From: Rotaria socialis
Lineage: Eukaryota
DNA length: 48,685 nt
Direction of reading: 5' to 3'
Assembly (NCBI GenBank): GCA_905331295.1
Contig: CAJNYD010000476.1
Location: forward strand, 1-48,685
Notes under the pieces: generated by a model
Seen by the model: the letters and a program-made list of their open reading frames with translations, nothing else
Databases searched by the model: none
Told to the model about the DNA's origin: nothing
Translations under genes and position numbers: made by a program
Shown: positions 38,601-48,685 of the stretch, piece after piece
How positions within the stretch are numbered: position 1 is the stretch's first letter
How the letters are laid out: every line of letters starts with the position of its first letter

Positions 38601-41600
38601 CTAATATCATCATCTGTTGAGACAGAACACCACAGTATTTGATAATCAGCTGGTAATCGATCATTAAAAATATTTAAAAGAATACAACATGTATCCATAT
38701 CAAAGTCATTCTCAAGTTCAATTTTATCTTGTGTTCGTTCTGGCGAATTTAATGTAATTAGAAATTGTAGATTTTCACTATTTGTAGCATTTTCTGCTAA
38801 CAATTCTTTTCCTTTATTGAATAAATCTTCCAGAAAAGAACATAATTTTTGTAAGTTTTCTGGTTGTAGATCTTCATTTTTTGAATTATTATATTCTATT
38901 TTATATTTGTTATAAAGATTAATTATATGATCATTAGATAAATTGCAATCTTTGATTCTCAATGATTGTAAATAATGAAATAAACAGAGAATAGTTAAGT
39001 TAAATTGTTCGTCGTTTTTAAGTTCAAGATCTTTTAATGAAAATAATTTCTCTAAAAACTTCAGTTGAACTTTATTTTCTCGTGGTGATGTTGTCAATAA
39101 AATGAACATAATCATAACTTGATGATTTGAAAATAATTTTAATAATGGACTTTGACATCGAGATTTTTCTAAATCTCTTATCCATATGTCATAATCAGCT
39201 TCGAATTTAGTAAATTTTGCTTGAAAATATTGTGTTCGATTTCTAATTTCTTGTTTAAGTTTTTGTTCACTACCCTCTTCGTTACTTTTCAAATCGGACA
39301 ATATTGTGTTAAGTGTACCTAAAATCAAAACATAAAAACTACAATATGAGTTGTTGTCTATCTAAAATTCTACCTGGTCGATCATAGATTTCATAATTGT
39401 ATTCTTTCAATTGAAAATTTGGATGACCAGCTTTTTCAAGTTTTAAAAGCGTTAAGTAAATTTTTTCAATAGTATCCAATTGTTTCAATTGTTCTTCTAA
39501 TAATATCTTTTTGTCAATCATATGTTGCTTTAGATCGACGTTACAAAATGTTAATTGACGTTTATGATCGGCAATATCAGCCATTGATAATGTGAATTTT
39601 ATTGTCTCTTTCTGTTGTATATGTTTATCTTTTTCACCAGAATTGGATTCGTTTGAACTGTTGAATTCTGTTGATAATGTATCAATTGAATGTACGATTT
39701 CAAAATAGGATTGCTCATTCATTAAATTGCGTAAACGAATTTGTACTGTTCCCGCTTTGTATAAATGTTCCATGGTGATCAGAGCATTATCTAACATCGT
39801 TGTTGCTTCTGCTGATAACCACATATTTACAACTTGTATATTTTCATTGACAACTAAAAGAAAACGATTAAATTAGTAAAATTATGCTTTGTTTCTCGTA
39901 TACAAAAGAATTCAAAGTATCTGTCTGAATAAAAACAAGAATTTTAATTTTAAAAGATATGTTCGGGTGTGGGTGTGTCATGTTTCAGTTGAAAAGCCAC
40001 CCAAACCCACATCCAAAAATAGCCTATAATTTGTAATCGTGCTCTTCGATTGGTAGGTACATGTCTATTTTTTATGTTGAAATAGAAAAAGCTTCGGTTT
40101 GTCTTGAGCAGCGGATAAAATAAATTGTACAATGTCACTCTGTCTTCTCTTATTCAGTTTCTAATCATCTTTTGCTTCATATCATGACTCATTGTAGTTT
40201 TCATATTTATTGTGTTTGAAGGATATACTAATTCTATATTAATCTATCATAGGATGACTCTTGGTTGAAAGTGTAAAGTTTGTTATTGTTACCATTTTTT
40301 AAATGAGTAAGATTAAATTCAGAACGATAGTTACAATACAATTACCGAGAAATCCATAGTAGTTTAAACTCGATGTATGAGATTAAAACTATTTAATCGC
40401 TTAAAAAGTATTTCGATTTTTGAAAAAATTAAAGCATTTTGTTTTACCTTTAATATGTTCCAATGAAGTTTCATCAATATTTGATAATTTTGCAAGATTA
40501 TCTACAAATTCTTCTAAATTTTCTACTTGACGAACAAATGGTTCACATAAAGCATAGCTAATAATCAATGAATTAAGAATCATATTATTGCGTTCTTGTA
40601 ATTGAAATTGTGTTGTTAAATTATCTCGTAATTCCAGAAATCGACGTAAGCCTTGGGTAGAATATAAATCAAATTTTTTTATCATTTGGACGACATGGGA
40701 ACATTCAGAAATCGCTTTAATCAATTGTAAATGATGATTGGTTAACTTTTGAAAACGTTCATAAAGATCTTTATATGTTTCTGAGATTTTTTTAAGAGAA
40801 CAATTTTCGTTGATATTCATTTCTTGTAAATTATCAATTGATTCATCATTTTTATCACTATTTAAAATTATATCAAATTTTTGTACACAATCAATTATAA
40901 TATTAAGATAACTATAGTATTGATAAGTTCGTAACCACTCGCAAACTTGCTCAATTTTTTGGTCATTTTGGCCTTGTGATATAATTTCTGCTGTTGTTGT
41001 TGTTCTCGTTGTTTCTCGTTTATTGTCTATGATTAAACGGTTAGCAAACAATATCTTGACTTCTTCTTTAACATCGATATTTTTATCGTGAAAAACGGTT
41101 TTAAGATAGTCCATTTCCTGTAAAGTGATATCACCATTTAAAAGCCTATCGATAAAAGAGAAAACTTTATCAATTAAATCACTCAAATCTTTATCTTTAA
41201 TATTTTCAATTGATTGTTCGAAATACTGTTGACGAAGCATAAAAAAGATGCCATCAAATAGATGACACGTTGAAAATGGCGCTGTTTTACATTGATACCA
41301 AATTGTCCGTGGAGCGCCTCCATTTTGATTGTTAATAGTGATTATTAAATCGCCATCTCGCTGTGTTTTAAATTCACCTCGTAAAACCTTTTTATCAAGA
41401 GGAATTTTTTCTTTGGAAAACAACGTGTAACTGTTAATACGAGGTGTATTAATTCGATATTCTATGTTGATGTTACATTCAAGTTTTTCACAAGCGAGCG
41501 ACCAGCGAACAACTCGACGAGCACCAATCGGGTGACAATGTTCATGTTTAGTTTTAGCATTGACTGTGAATGTATTGTTCGTGTGAAATGTTTTTAGGTC

Positions 41601-44487
41601 TTCAATATAAGACTTCCGTTGTTCTTCATTGCTTAAAGTACCAGAATCAATATTCTCGAATGAGTTCATACAATTGAATAAATCACAAAGGCGATGAAGA
41701 TTCTTGAAAGGTTTTAGTAGTTCCACAATATCTTGAATGATTGTTTTTATTTTAATGACACTAACCATTGAATCTTTTTTTATTGTATGGATATCATTAA
41801 GCAACTGTTCAGCCCTTTGTAATTTCCGGGTTTTAAGCCATTCAGTGATATGGTGAAAAATGTCGATAAATTTGTCAAACCATTCTAACCATACATTAAC
41901 TTGTTGTATAAAACGGCGGAAAAATTCCTCTTTTCGATCAGTCACAGATATATCGATATCGTTTGGCTTGTCTATAGAAACAATGGCATGGATTTGTGCT
42001 GTTGTAACAGGAAATTTATAACGTTGCAGATCTGATAAAGTGAGCATGTTTTTCAAATCGCAAAACGGAAGGAAATAAATAACGTTTGACATAGATAACA
42101 TCCCATGATATGTTGTACGTGCGCCTATAATTAAAAAAGAACACTTTCACCATACACTGTTTTCTTAACAGATACTTTAGGCGTTGTAAAATAGTGGTTT
42201 TTCTTAAACTAACTCCATTTTCATAATTTTACTAGCAAGACGAACTTGATCAGTTAACACAGTAGCACTTATATGGTTAAACTGTTCTGAGAAGAATATT
42301 ATTGAAAAGAATATGGGATTCAATCAAAATTTTATGTGAATAAACGCTCATAGAACAGAAATAATTTTCAACAAAAAGAAACCTTGAGAGTCAAAATTGA
42401 TACTCTACTAGCTTTCTGGTAGACATTGGTGATCAATTGAACAATGTGTATACTATACAGAGCGATATATTCATTCATTTCAGAGTGAAGTGTTTTCTTC
42501 TCTAGCATATTAATCAACAGTTGGACTAGGTAGCATTTTATCCATTTTTATTTATCTTCACCTTCTTTCAAGTTATTGGAGGTTACAAGTTTACGATAAG
42601 AAATTCTAATAAACTGAACTTACTATTGAGTGATAAAATGTCCTTGATCGAATGGTGTACGTTCTGAATGAAATCATCTACTTGTTTTATATCGATTAAA
42701 TAATGCTTGTCTTGGCTAGCGTGCAGAATATAATTCAGGATCGATTCGATATTCGAAGCAAACAAAACAGATTTTGTATGCTTGGAAATAACAATATCAA
42801 ATATATTCTTAACGAAAATAATTGTTAAAGTATCGTTGACCTCGAAAATATCATGCTTGACACTGATCATCCAGTGATTTAGTTGTGAAATCGTTTCGTT
42901 CCATTTATTGGCTTCTAATTTCGACAGACTCAAGATAATAAGTCTTGACCAAATATGAATTGACCAACGATTGTTGTGATGAATAGCTCTAAGAGTTTGA
43001 TAATCATTTTTGGTTAACGTCAACCAATCTTGGGGAATATAAAAACTATAGTCATTTAACCATTCATCCCGTATGATACAAGCAGGATCATTTCTTTCAC
43101 ATAAATTTTGATCAAGATCATTCAATCTTTTAAATAGATCTTTTATTCTTGTAAACTTTGTTGTTACATTCTTATCCAGTTTAAATAAATGTTGGATAAT
43201 AAGTAAACAAGATTGTTGTTGAAGATCAATTGTCGACAAAAATCTAAGAGTAATACCCAGTAAGTCTTGTAAATCATACAACGTGAATTTCCAGGAGTAT
43301 TGATCATCATTAAGCTGTTTGTTGAGAAATGTGTATAGTACTGTGTCAACTATTCTAATAAAAGTTGGATGATTTTCATCTTTGATTTCTTTTAAACATG
43401 TATCAGCCAACTTATAATTTGCTTTGAAAGCTACAACTGAAACTTTTTCAATTCGCTGATTTAAAATCAAAACAAGTTGTTTTTCCATTGTTTGATTAAT
43501 CTCACCAGCCGTGCTCAGATATAAAAACATGTCCCATAAATCATATATTGATACATGTGATGCATATGTAGATAAATACATGCTTAATAAATCTTCTCGT
43601 TCGGTTAGCAATCGAAGTAGTTGGCAAATGTGGGGTTCTTTGTAACGTTTATTTTTTACACCTTCACCAAATGTAGTCAGAAATAGATTAAAGAACTCTT
43701 TATGATCTAAATTCAATTCATTTAGAATGCTATGGAAAATATCAAACGGTGATACATCAGTGCTCTTTGAGTGATGGATTACCCGTATAAGATGTATTAA
43801 CGCAGGTATGTCGAATGGAAATCTTTCGAATACTAGTTTATATTCTATGTAATGGGAAATAAAACTAACGAGTGAAATTTTCCACTGGCGTATTTTCGAT
43901 AATATATTAATCCACTGAAGACGAATGTCACCGTAGACCAGTAACGATGATTGGAATGATAAATTGCAAAGAGCGAAGAATGTAAATAATTTTTCTATAT
44001 CTTTGATTTCTGTAATTGCAGCTAGATGTTGTTGAATATTCATCCGTTCTATCAAATCTTTGTTTGTTATAGAAAGACACGGTTTCGAACCTTTTGTTGA
44101 TTTGAACGCATTTCCTGATTCCTGAAGTAGTTTTTCTTGAAATTCTTTCAACTGAGAGTCAGATTTTTTATGATAAGAATTGTATTCTACAACTCGACGA
44201 TAAATATAAAAAAATGCATCAATTTGCTTTGACAATCGTTCAGAATGTTCCGATGATGTTAAACTTGTTAGTGCACATTCAATAATATAATCAATATCTG
44301 TCGAAAAATATTTGTTTTGATGAGCTCGGTTCGATATATCATAATTTTCGAACCTAGAAATAACTGTATCAAAAAATAATTGTCCCTCACTATTATCATC
44401 AAAAACTTCCCCAATATAACTAGCTGATTCTGATATTTCTTTCTCCGAATTCCATAATTTGGAGAACAATCTGATAATTCCGGTCAT
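18666..44487 (-). CDS. Giant RNF213/mysterin-like dynein-related AAA+ ATPase, 15 coding exons, ~5,765 aa
   Basis: Phase-consistent exons: 44487-42624, 42124-40448, 39853-39374, 39318-38290, 38227-36053, 35363-35038, 34980-34908, 34853-34642, 34570-32837, 31285-30244, 28068-25864, 24901-24732, 24676-23748, 22097-20131, 20080-18666 (17,298 nt, no internal stop). Walker A: GKAGIGKT, GETGVGKT, GAPGQSKT. Walker B: VVFFDEVN, VVFLDEAS. RNF213-like motifs: FTAAINP, SVSQREIQR, DAANANR, SLYDVFNQN, PAPFLSRFQK. Confidence 0.88.
24677..24731 (-). other. Non-canonical GC-AG intron (55 nt)
   Basis: TTG|GCAAGT...ggttag|GCATGG joins ...FGAL to AWHLLLFDE in frame; the unspliced frame hits TGA. Confidence 0.8.
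28457..28553. mobile_element. 97-bp GC-rich MITE inserted in an (AT)n tract, intronic
   Basis: TIRs CAGGCCTCGAATTTGG and reverse complement CAGGTCTCGAAATTGG (14/16 match); flanked on both sides by atatat. Confidence 0.75.
29045..29992. mobile_element. ~950-bp non-autonomous Tc1/mariner-like element with ~190-bp diverged TIRs, intronic
   Basis: 29050-29237 (ggggcaaaa...gaggaccacatgaatcttagaacaaaacgcgttagaaaa) aligns with the reverse complement of 29801-29990. TA dinucleotides flank it; no transposase ORF. Confidence 0.85.
41287..41579 (-). other. GOLD-like beta-sandwich domain within exon 2 of the giant gene
   Basis: FTVNAKTKHEH...VVRWSL...NINIEY...LRGEFKTQRDGDLIITINNQNGGAPRTIWYQ follows the SEC14L/FYCO1-type GOLD pattern (W.F...G...L.FDN......K...Y). 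Confidence 0.6.
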
Positions 44488-45819
44488 CGAAATAACTGCT
44501 GTTGACTGGACTCTATAATAAAAAGCAGAAAATATTTGCTGGATTATTTCAAAAAGGTCAAAAAAGAAATACAAATCTATGAGTGAAAAGCAAACTTTTT
44601 CGTTCTTACTTTTTCCTTCACGAGAAATAAATAAGCTTAATAAAGATTGACTGATGCAAACTAGTAGTTTATATAATCTAAAATAGGAGAAAATAATAAA
44701 TTAAATTAATGTGAATGCGCGGTTAGGCCAATTTTGTCTTCGTCTTTGAATAAAAAAGAAGCAAATCCATGGTTACATAAAGAAAGATGGAATTAATATA
44801 ATGCAGCTGTATCGTTATTTATTCTTTTCTTTAACCTTTTCAATCCAGTCATTTTCTTGCGTTCTGTATGAAGAAGAAAAAAAGAAATTCAATCCCTCTC
44901 TTTTGCGTTCTGTCGTCACGATCAACTGTATTTGACTCTATATATATTGAAGTCAATATACATATACACTGTCAAATATAGAATACCTATATGAATTTGC
45001 AAGCGATACTCTAGAAATGCCAATACGAATTCAGTGATAGATTTCTACTTTTTTGAAAATAAAAGCCTGGCATTCAAGTTTCAATTTAATGCAGGAAATC
45101 AAATTAAATTTCAATTATTGAGAAAATCAAGCATTGTCTAAATAATAGAAATTCGATGAATAAATGATAAAAGTTTGAATGCTTTAGTTACTAAAGTTGA
45201 TTTTCTACAAAATAGAATTTAAAAAAAATTCCAGTGTAAACCCATTTTGGTGCCATTTAGCCCCTTCGTCTTTTTCTTAGAATACAACATATGATATACG
45301 TCGTCGAAGAAGACGACAGAACGAAAAAAACTTGTTTCGTGTTCTTCATGTCATCTACGAGATGACATGCGGGATTGAAAGTCTGGTTTTGTTCCCATAA
45401 AGCGCTTTTGCCATATGAATTGATTTTGGTTATTATCTTACAAAACTAAACTTTATCATCGTTTGAGCCAGTGAATTTACACATGTCATCGAATTACTTA
45501 ACAATTGATTATTTGGTCTAATTATGGGGTTCAATCCTTGTCTGGATAATATTTATGAATGCATACCTATGCAAAAAGAAGTTTACCTTGAAAGATTTGT
45601 TGAATAAAATTGAAAAGTGATTTTATGATGTTTGAAATAGTTATCAAACAGTAATTCTTTTGAAATGCTCGAAGCTTATCATTGAAAGTGATAACAATGG
45701 TTTAGACATGCATATGCTCGTCTAAGTCGAAATCTTTTTTTAAACATATTTTAGTTGCAAATTTCTCCACAAATTTCAATGAGAGACATACCCAGTGGAA
45801 AATATTGATGAAAAATAAC

Positions 45820-46290
45820 GGAGACAAACGCGTTCATGAAAACATAGAAGCTTGTCCTTTACTTAAAGAACGCGTTCTGCAGTTTAGGGAAAGCGTTCAC
45901 AAACAAAACAAACATGTTCTACATTCAAAGGAACGCATTCTTTGCCGTTCCACAATATTACAGAATGCTTTCTGCTCTATCCAAAAATTGTTCTTCATTC
46001 CAGCAGAAATCGTTTCCAACCCTTCCAAAAATTATTAGAATGTGTTTCTTTTCGTTCTTTATGGAACAGTCAAAAACGGCTTCCATCAAAAAGAGATCAC
46101 TTTCTTTAACGTTCTTTTGAGAATTACCTGAGAACGGATTCTTCTAGTTCATGGAATCTTTCCAGATATGCCAATAGCACTCTTATAAAGAAAAGAACGC
46201 GTTCTCTGTCATTCTCCAAATTGCCGACTGCTTTCTTAGGCATTGAAAAATCAATTTTAGAAAAATAGAATGCGTTTTAATACGTTCTCT
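45820..46290. repeat. Degenerate array of the palindromic AGAACGCGTTCT motif (probable transposon relic)
   Basis: Exact copies at 45867-78 and 46194-205, with variants aaacgcgttc, ggaacgcattct, agaatgctttct, agaacggattct and agaatgcgtttt. Confidence 0.65.
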
Positions 46291-46656
46291 ACGCTCAATA
46301 AAATTATCTCATTACATTGAAAAATATTTCGAATAACTCAGATTTCGTCCCTTAGCATTGACAAATGTCTCGACATTTGCTTCTTTGTTATCCGACAAAA
46401 ATATTATCATTTCAATTCTTGATTTTCTTTTATAAGCATCCATTTCTAAGACCAGCTGTCGATGTCGAGAAAAATTTATTTAAAATTTATCCGTGCTAAT
46501 AATTGCATTTGAATTTTTAATTGTCATATCGTTTATAGGCTGTGGATGTGGATGAAAAATATCAATACCCACACCCACACCCTATTGCTCTACTGAAGAA
46601 GACTGTTGACATTTTTGGCATTTGTACAGCAGGTCTTTTAAATTTTTTGGTAAATT

Positions 46657-47499
46657 TTATGTGATTTCTCGTTCAACTTCTGCGCACATTGACTGAAATG
46701 CTCTTATCTCGCTTTCTTTCAGGTCTTCCAAAGTCCAATAAACATCATAGAAAGATAGGTTTAACACTGATTGGTCTCGAACTTTGAAAAATCCATTGTC
46801 AGCAAAACTCGTTCCCCATGAGTTCATGAATGTCAAATATGTGGTATTGGATTTTGTCAAAACGACAGCATGATTACATTCGTTTGCTAGCGAGCTATGC
46901 ATGCCTAAATCCTTCCTTTCAAGGATACCTGTTGGATATGTCTTGTAAAACTTTGAGAAGTCAATCCATTCTTCTTCGGATAAACTAAATGTGGCGAGGA
47001 CAGAACGCTCGGCTTCGATGGTTTGTCTAGCGTCGAGCTCTTCAATTCTTTCATATCGCAGTCGGTAAATCGGACACCACTTTCTGAGTACATCTTCAAT
47101 GATAACTTCATGTTCGCCATAGTCCTTTATCAGCTTTTTTCTTATTTTATCGTAACCTGGAACTCCATTCTCCCGAACTACTATCCGACTCATAGCCGAG
47201 TGAAATACAGCTGCAACTGCATTGGCATAAGACGTAGAACCTATTCTTGAAGATACTGCACAGGTGGTAGTTGGTATATTGACATATGTAGCGATGGTAG
47301 CACTGTTGATCTCTGACAGTAAGACATCGTCGTTTTCGTCCGCCTGACAAATGAGACCGGAAGCATCGTATACCATGTCAGGAAGTTTCCTTGGCTGCAA
47401 ATTCCGACTTAGGCCAGATAATGGAAGCTCTTGTTTCAATTCTAAAAGAATTATCATTGTTGCTTGGGAATCCAGCATTTCGCAAGAAAGTAGTTTCAA
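46657..47499 (-). CDS. Papain-like (peptidase C1-like) protein with Ser at the catalytic Cys position; 5' end uncertain, possibly a pseudogene
   Basis: GSTSYANAVAA (papain-type G.C[WY]A), NHAVVLT (catalytic His) and FMNSWGTSFADNGFFKV (catalytic Asn motif). Confidence 0.75.
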   Translation of the reverse strand: MKLLSCEMLDSQATMIILLELKQELPLSGLSRNLQPRKLPDMVYDASGLICQADENDDVLLSEINSATIATYVNIPTTTCAVSSRIGSTSYANAVAAVFHSAMSRIVVRENGVPGYDKIRKKLIKDYGEHEVIIEDVLRKWCPIYRLRYERIEELDARQTIEAERSVLATFSLSEEEWIDFSKFYKTYPTGILERKDLGMHSSLANECNHAVVLTKSNTTYLTFMNSWGTSFADNGFFKVRDQSVLNLSFYDVYWTLEDLKESEIRAFQSMCAEVEREIT

Positions 47500-47870
47500 A
47501 TGAAGTAATGACTATTAAGAAAGGATTCACGATCCATGTAGTAGTTTTCGGTCTTAACTAGGATGACAGATTGGAATTAGCACGAGCATTTAGTAATGCT
47601 AATACTAATGCTTTTCCATTAGAGTTAATTTTTTAACTTAACACTTAAGTATTACTGGCATTAGAATATATTAATACCAAAGTTTTTGCATTAATTAAGT
47701 ATTAGTTTTAACTATAATGCATCGTTTCATAGAACAGAACACAATTGTCCTCTTTTATAAGAATATTCCTCGCGAACGAATCATCGGCTTGTCATACATG
47801 TGTTGTCGATGAGTCATAGTCCCAAAAACAGAATATAATTGCTCTGTTTTGTGAAACTATGTATTACAGT

Positions 47871-47941
47871 TAACTCCACCATGGGGACCACAATCCAGTG
47901 ATTTCTGTGCCGGTCGCAAGTCCGGAAAAAGGAGGAGCGTT
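47871..47941 (+). ncRNA. Twister self-cleaving ribozyme at the 5' end of the LINE
   Basis: UAA-CUCC-AC-[P3 hairpin 47880-47909]-CCGG-UCGC-AA-GU-CCGG-AAAAA-GGAG-GA-GCG. Pairings: P2 CTCC/GGAG, P4 CCGG/CCGG, pseudoknots CGC/GCG and AC/GT. Confidence 0.88.
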
Positions 47942-48685
47942 AGACGGAAGGAGTGCAGATGCCGCCGTCTGTCAAAAAGAAAAGACGAAAGAAACCAACC
48001 ATGAACGACGACGATAATCGAAAACCATACCGGCTCGGACGTCGCCCGGGTGAACAAGGTCCGCGTCCTCTGTCGAGTAACCAGGACAGAATCGAAAAAT
48101 TGGCTACTGGAAAGACAGGAACAAAGACAGGAACAACAACACGACAGATAGTTACAAATAAAACAGCAGCAGCAGTAACATCAAATGTCAAAATTGGTCA
48201 ACAACAGTGGAAGATAACGAAAGACACACTTACAGTGGGTACCTGGAACGTTCAAACGTTATGGGCAACAGGAAAGCTAGAATTGCTAAGAAATGAAATG
48301 AAACGTTTCAGATTTGATGTCATCGGGATTTCTGAAGTACGCTGGACAGGAAAAGGAGAAACACCAAGTGGTGATTTCATCTGGTCAGGAGAAGATACTA
48401 CACACACCAGAGGTGTAGGAATGCTATTAAGTGTAAAAGCAAAAAAGACGCTAATAGGATACAATCCGATTAGTTCACGAGTAATCACGGCTAGATTCAA
48501 TGCAACACCATTCAAACTCACAGTAATACACGTGTATGCACCAACATCAGCATCATCAGACGAGGACATCGAAATATTCTACGATAGCATCGAGCATGCA
48601 CTAACACAAACGCCTAAAAAGGATATAATAATCGTAACTGGTGACTGGAATGCGAAAATTGGGAGTGATAATACACACTGGGAGT
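47872..48685 (+). mobile_element. 5' end of an RTE-clade non-LTR retrotransposon (continues past the window)
   Basis: Abrupt rise in GC content, a short 5' UTR with ribozyme, and a single ORF starting directly with an APE endonuclease. Confidence 0.88.
48001..48685 (+). CDS. LINE ORF: apurinic-like endonuclease (EEP) domain, partial
   Basis: Open frame from ATG 48001 to the window end (absent from the ORF track because it has no stop): VGTWNVQTL, DVIGISEVRWTG, RGVGMLL, IHVYAPT, IIVTGDWNAKIG. Confidence 0.93.
   Translation, partial: MNDDDNRKPYRLGRRPGEQGPRPLSSNQDRIEKLATGKTGTKTGTTTRQIVTNKTAAAVTSNVKIGQQQWKITKDTLTVGTWNVQTLWATGKLELLRNEMKRFRFDVIGISEVRWTGKGETPSGDFIWSGEDTTHTRGVGMLLSVKAKKTLIGYNPISSRVITARFNATPFKLTVIHVYAPTSASSDEDIEIFYDSIEHALTQTPKKDIIIVTGDWNAKIGSDNTHWE

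Noticed and set aside
13263..44487. Joining the giant gene and the downstream RZ-containing fragment into one gene
   Set aside because: The giant gene has its own C-terminal region and stop at 18666, IF1 intervenes, and the fragment is disrupted.
47857..48569. Minus-strand ORFs 47857-48057, 47940-48191 and 48252-48569
   Set aside because: Antisense shadows of the LINE 5' UTR and endonuclease ORF.

Overview
AT-rich eukaryotic genomic DNA with short (~50-70 nt) spliceosomal introns. Gene families and TGTGGG-like tracts suggest a bdelloid rotifer (inference). Contents in order: (1) a rhodopsin-like GPCR interrupted by three in-frame TGA codons; (2) an ADP-ribosyltransferase-TPR gene; (3) an orphan 202-aa ORF; (4) a disrupted, 5'-truncated RNF213-like C-terminal half with a variant RZ finger; (5) mitochondrial ATPase inhibitor IF1; (6) a giant, apparently intact 15-exon RNF213/mysterin-like AAA+ gene (~5,765 aa by my splice reconstruction) with a GOLD-like domain, no intact RZ finger and a C-terminal array of ubiquitin-like units; (7) a papain-like ORF with Ser at the catalytic Cys position; (8) the 5' end of an RTE-type LINE starting with a twister ribozyme. 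Several MITE-like elements and a recurring telomere-like G-rich/C-rich motif near gene ends are also present. All calls come from reading motifs by eye; no searches were run.
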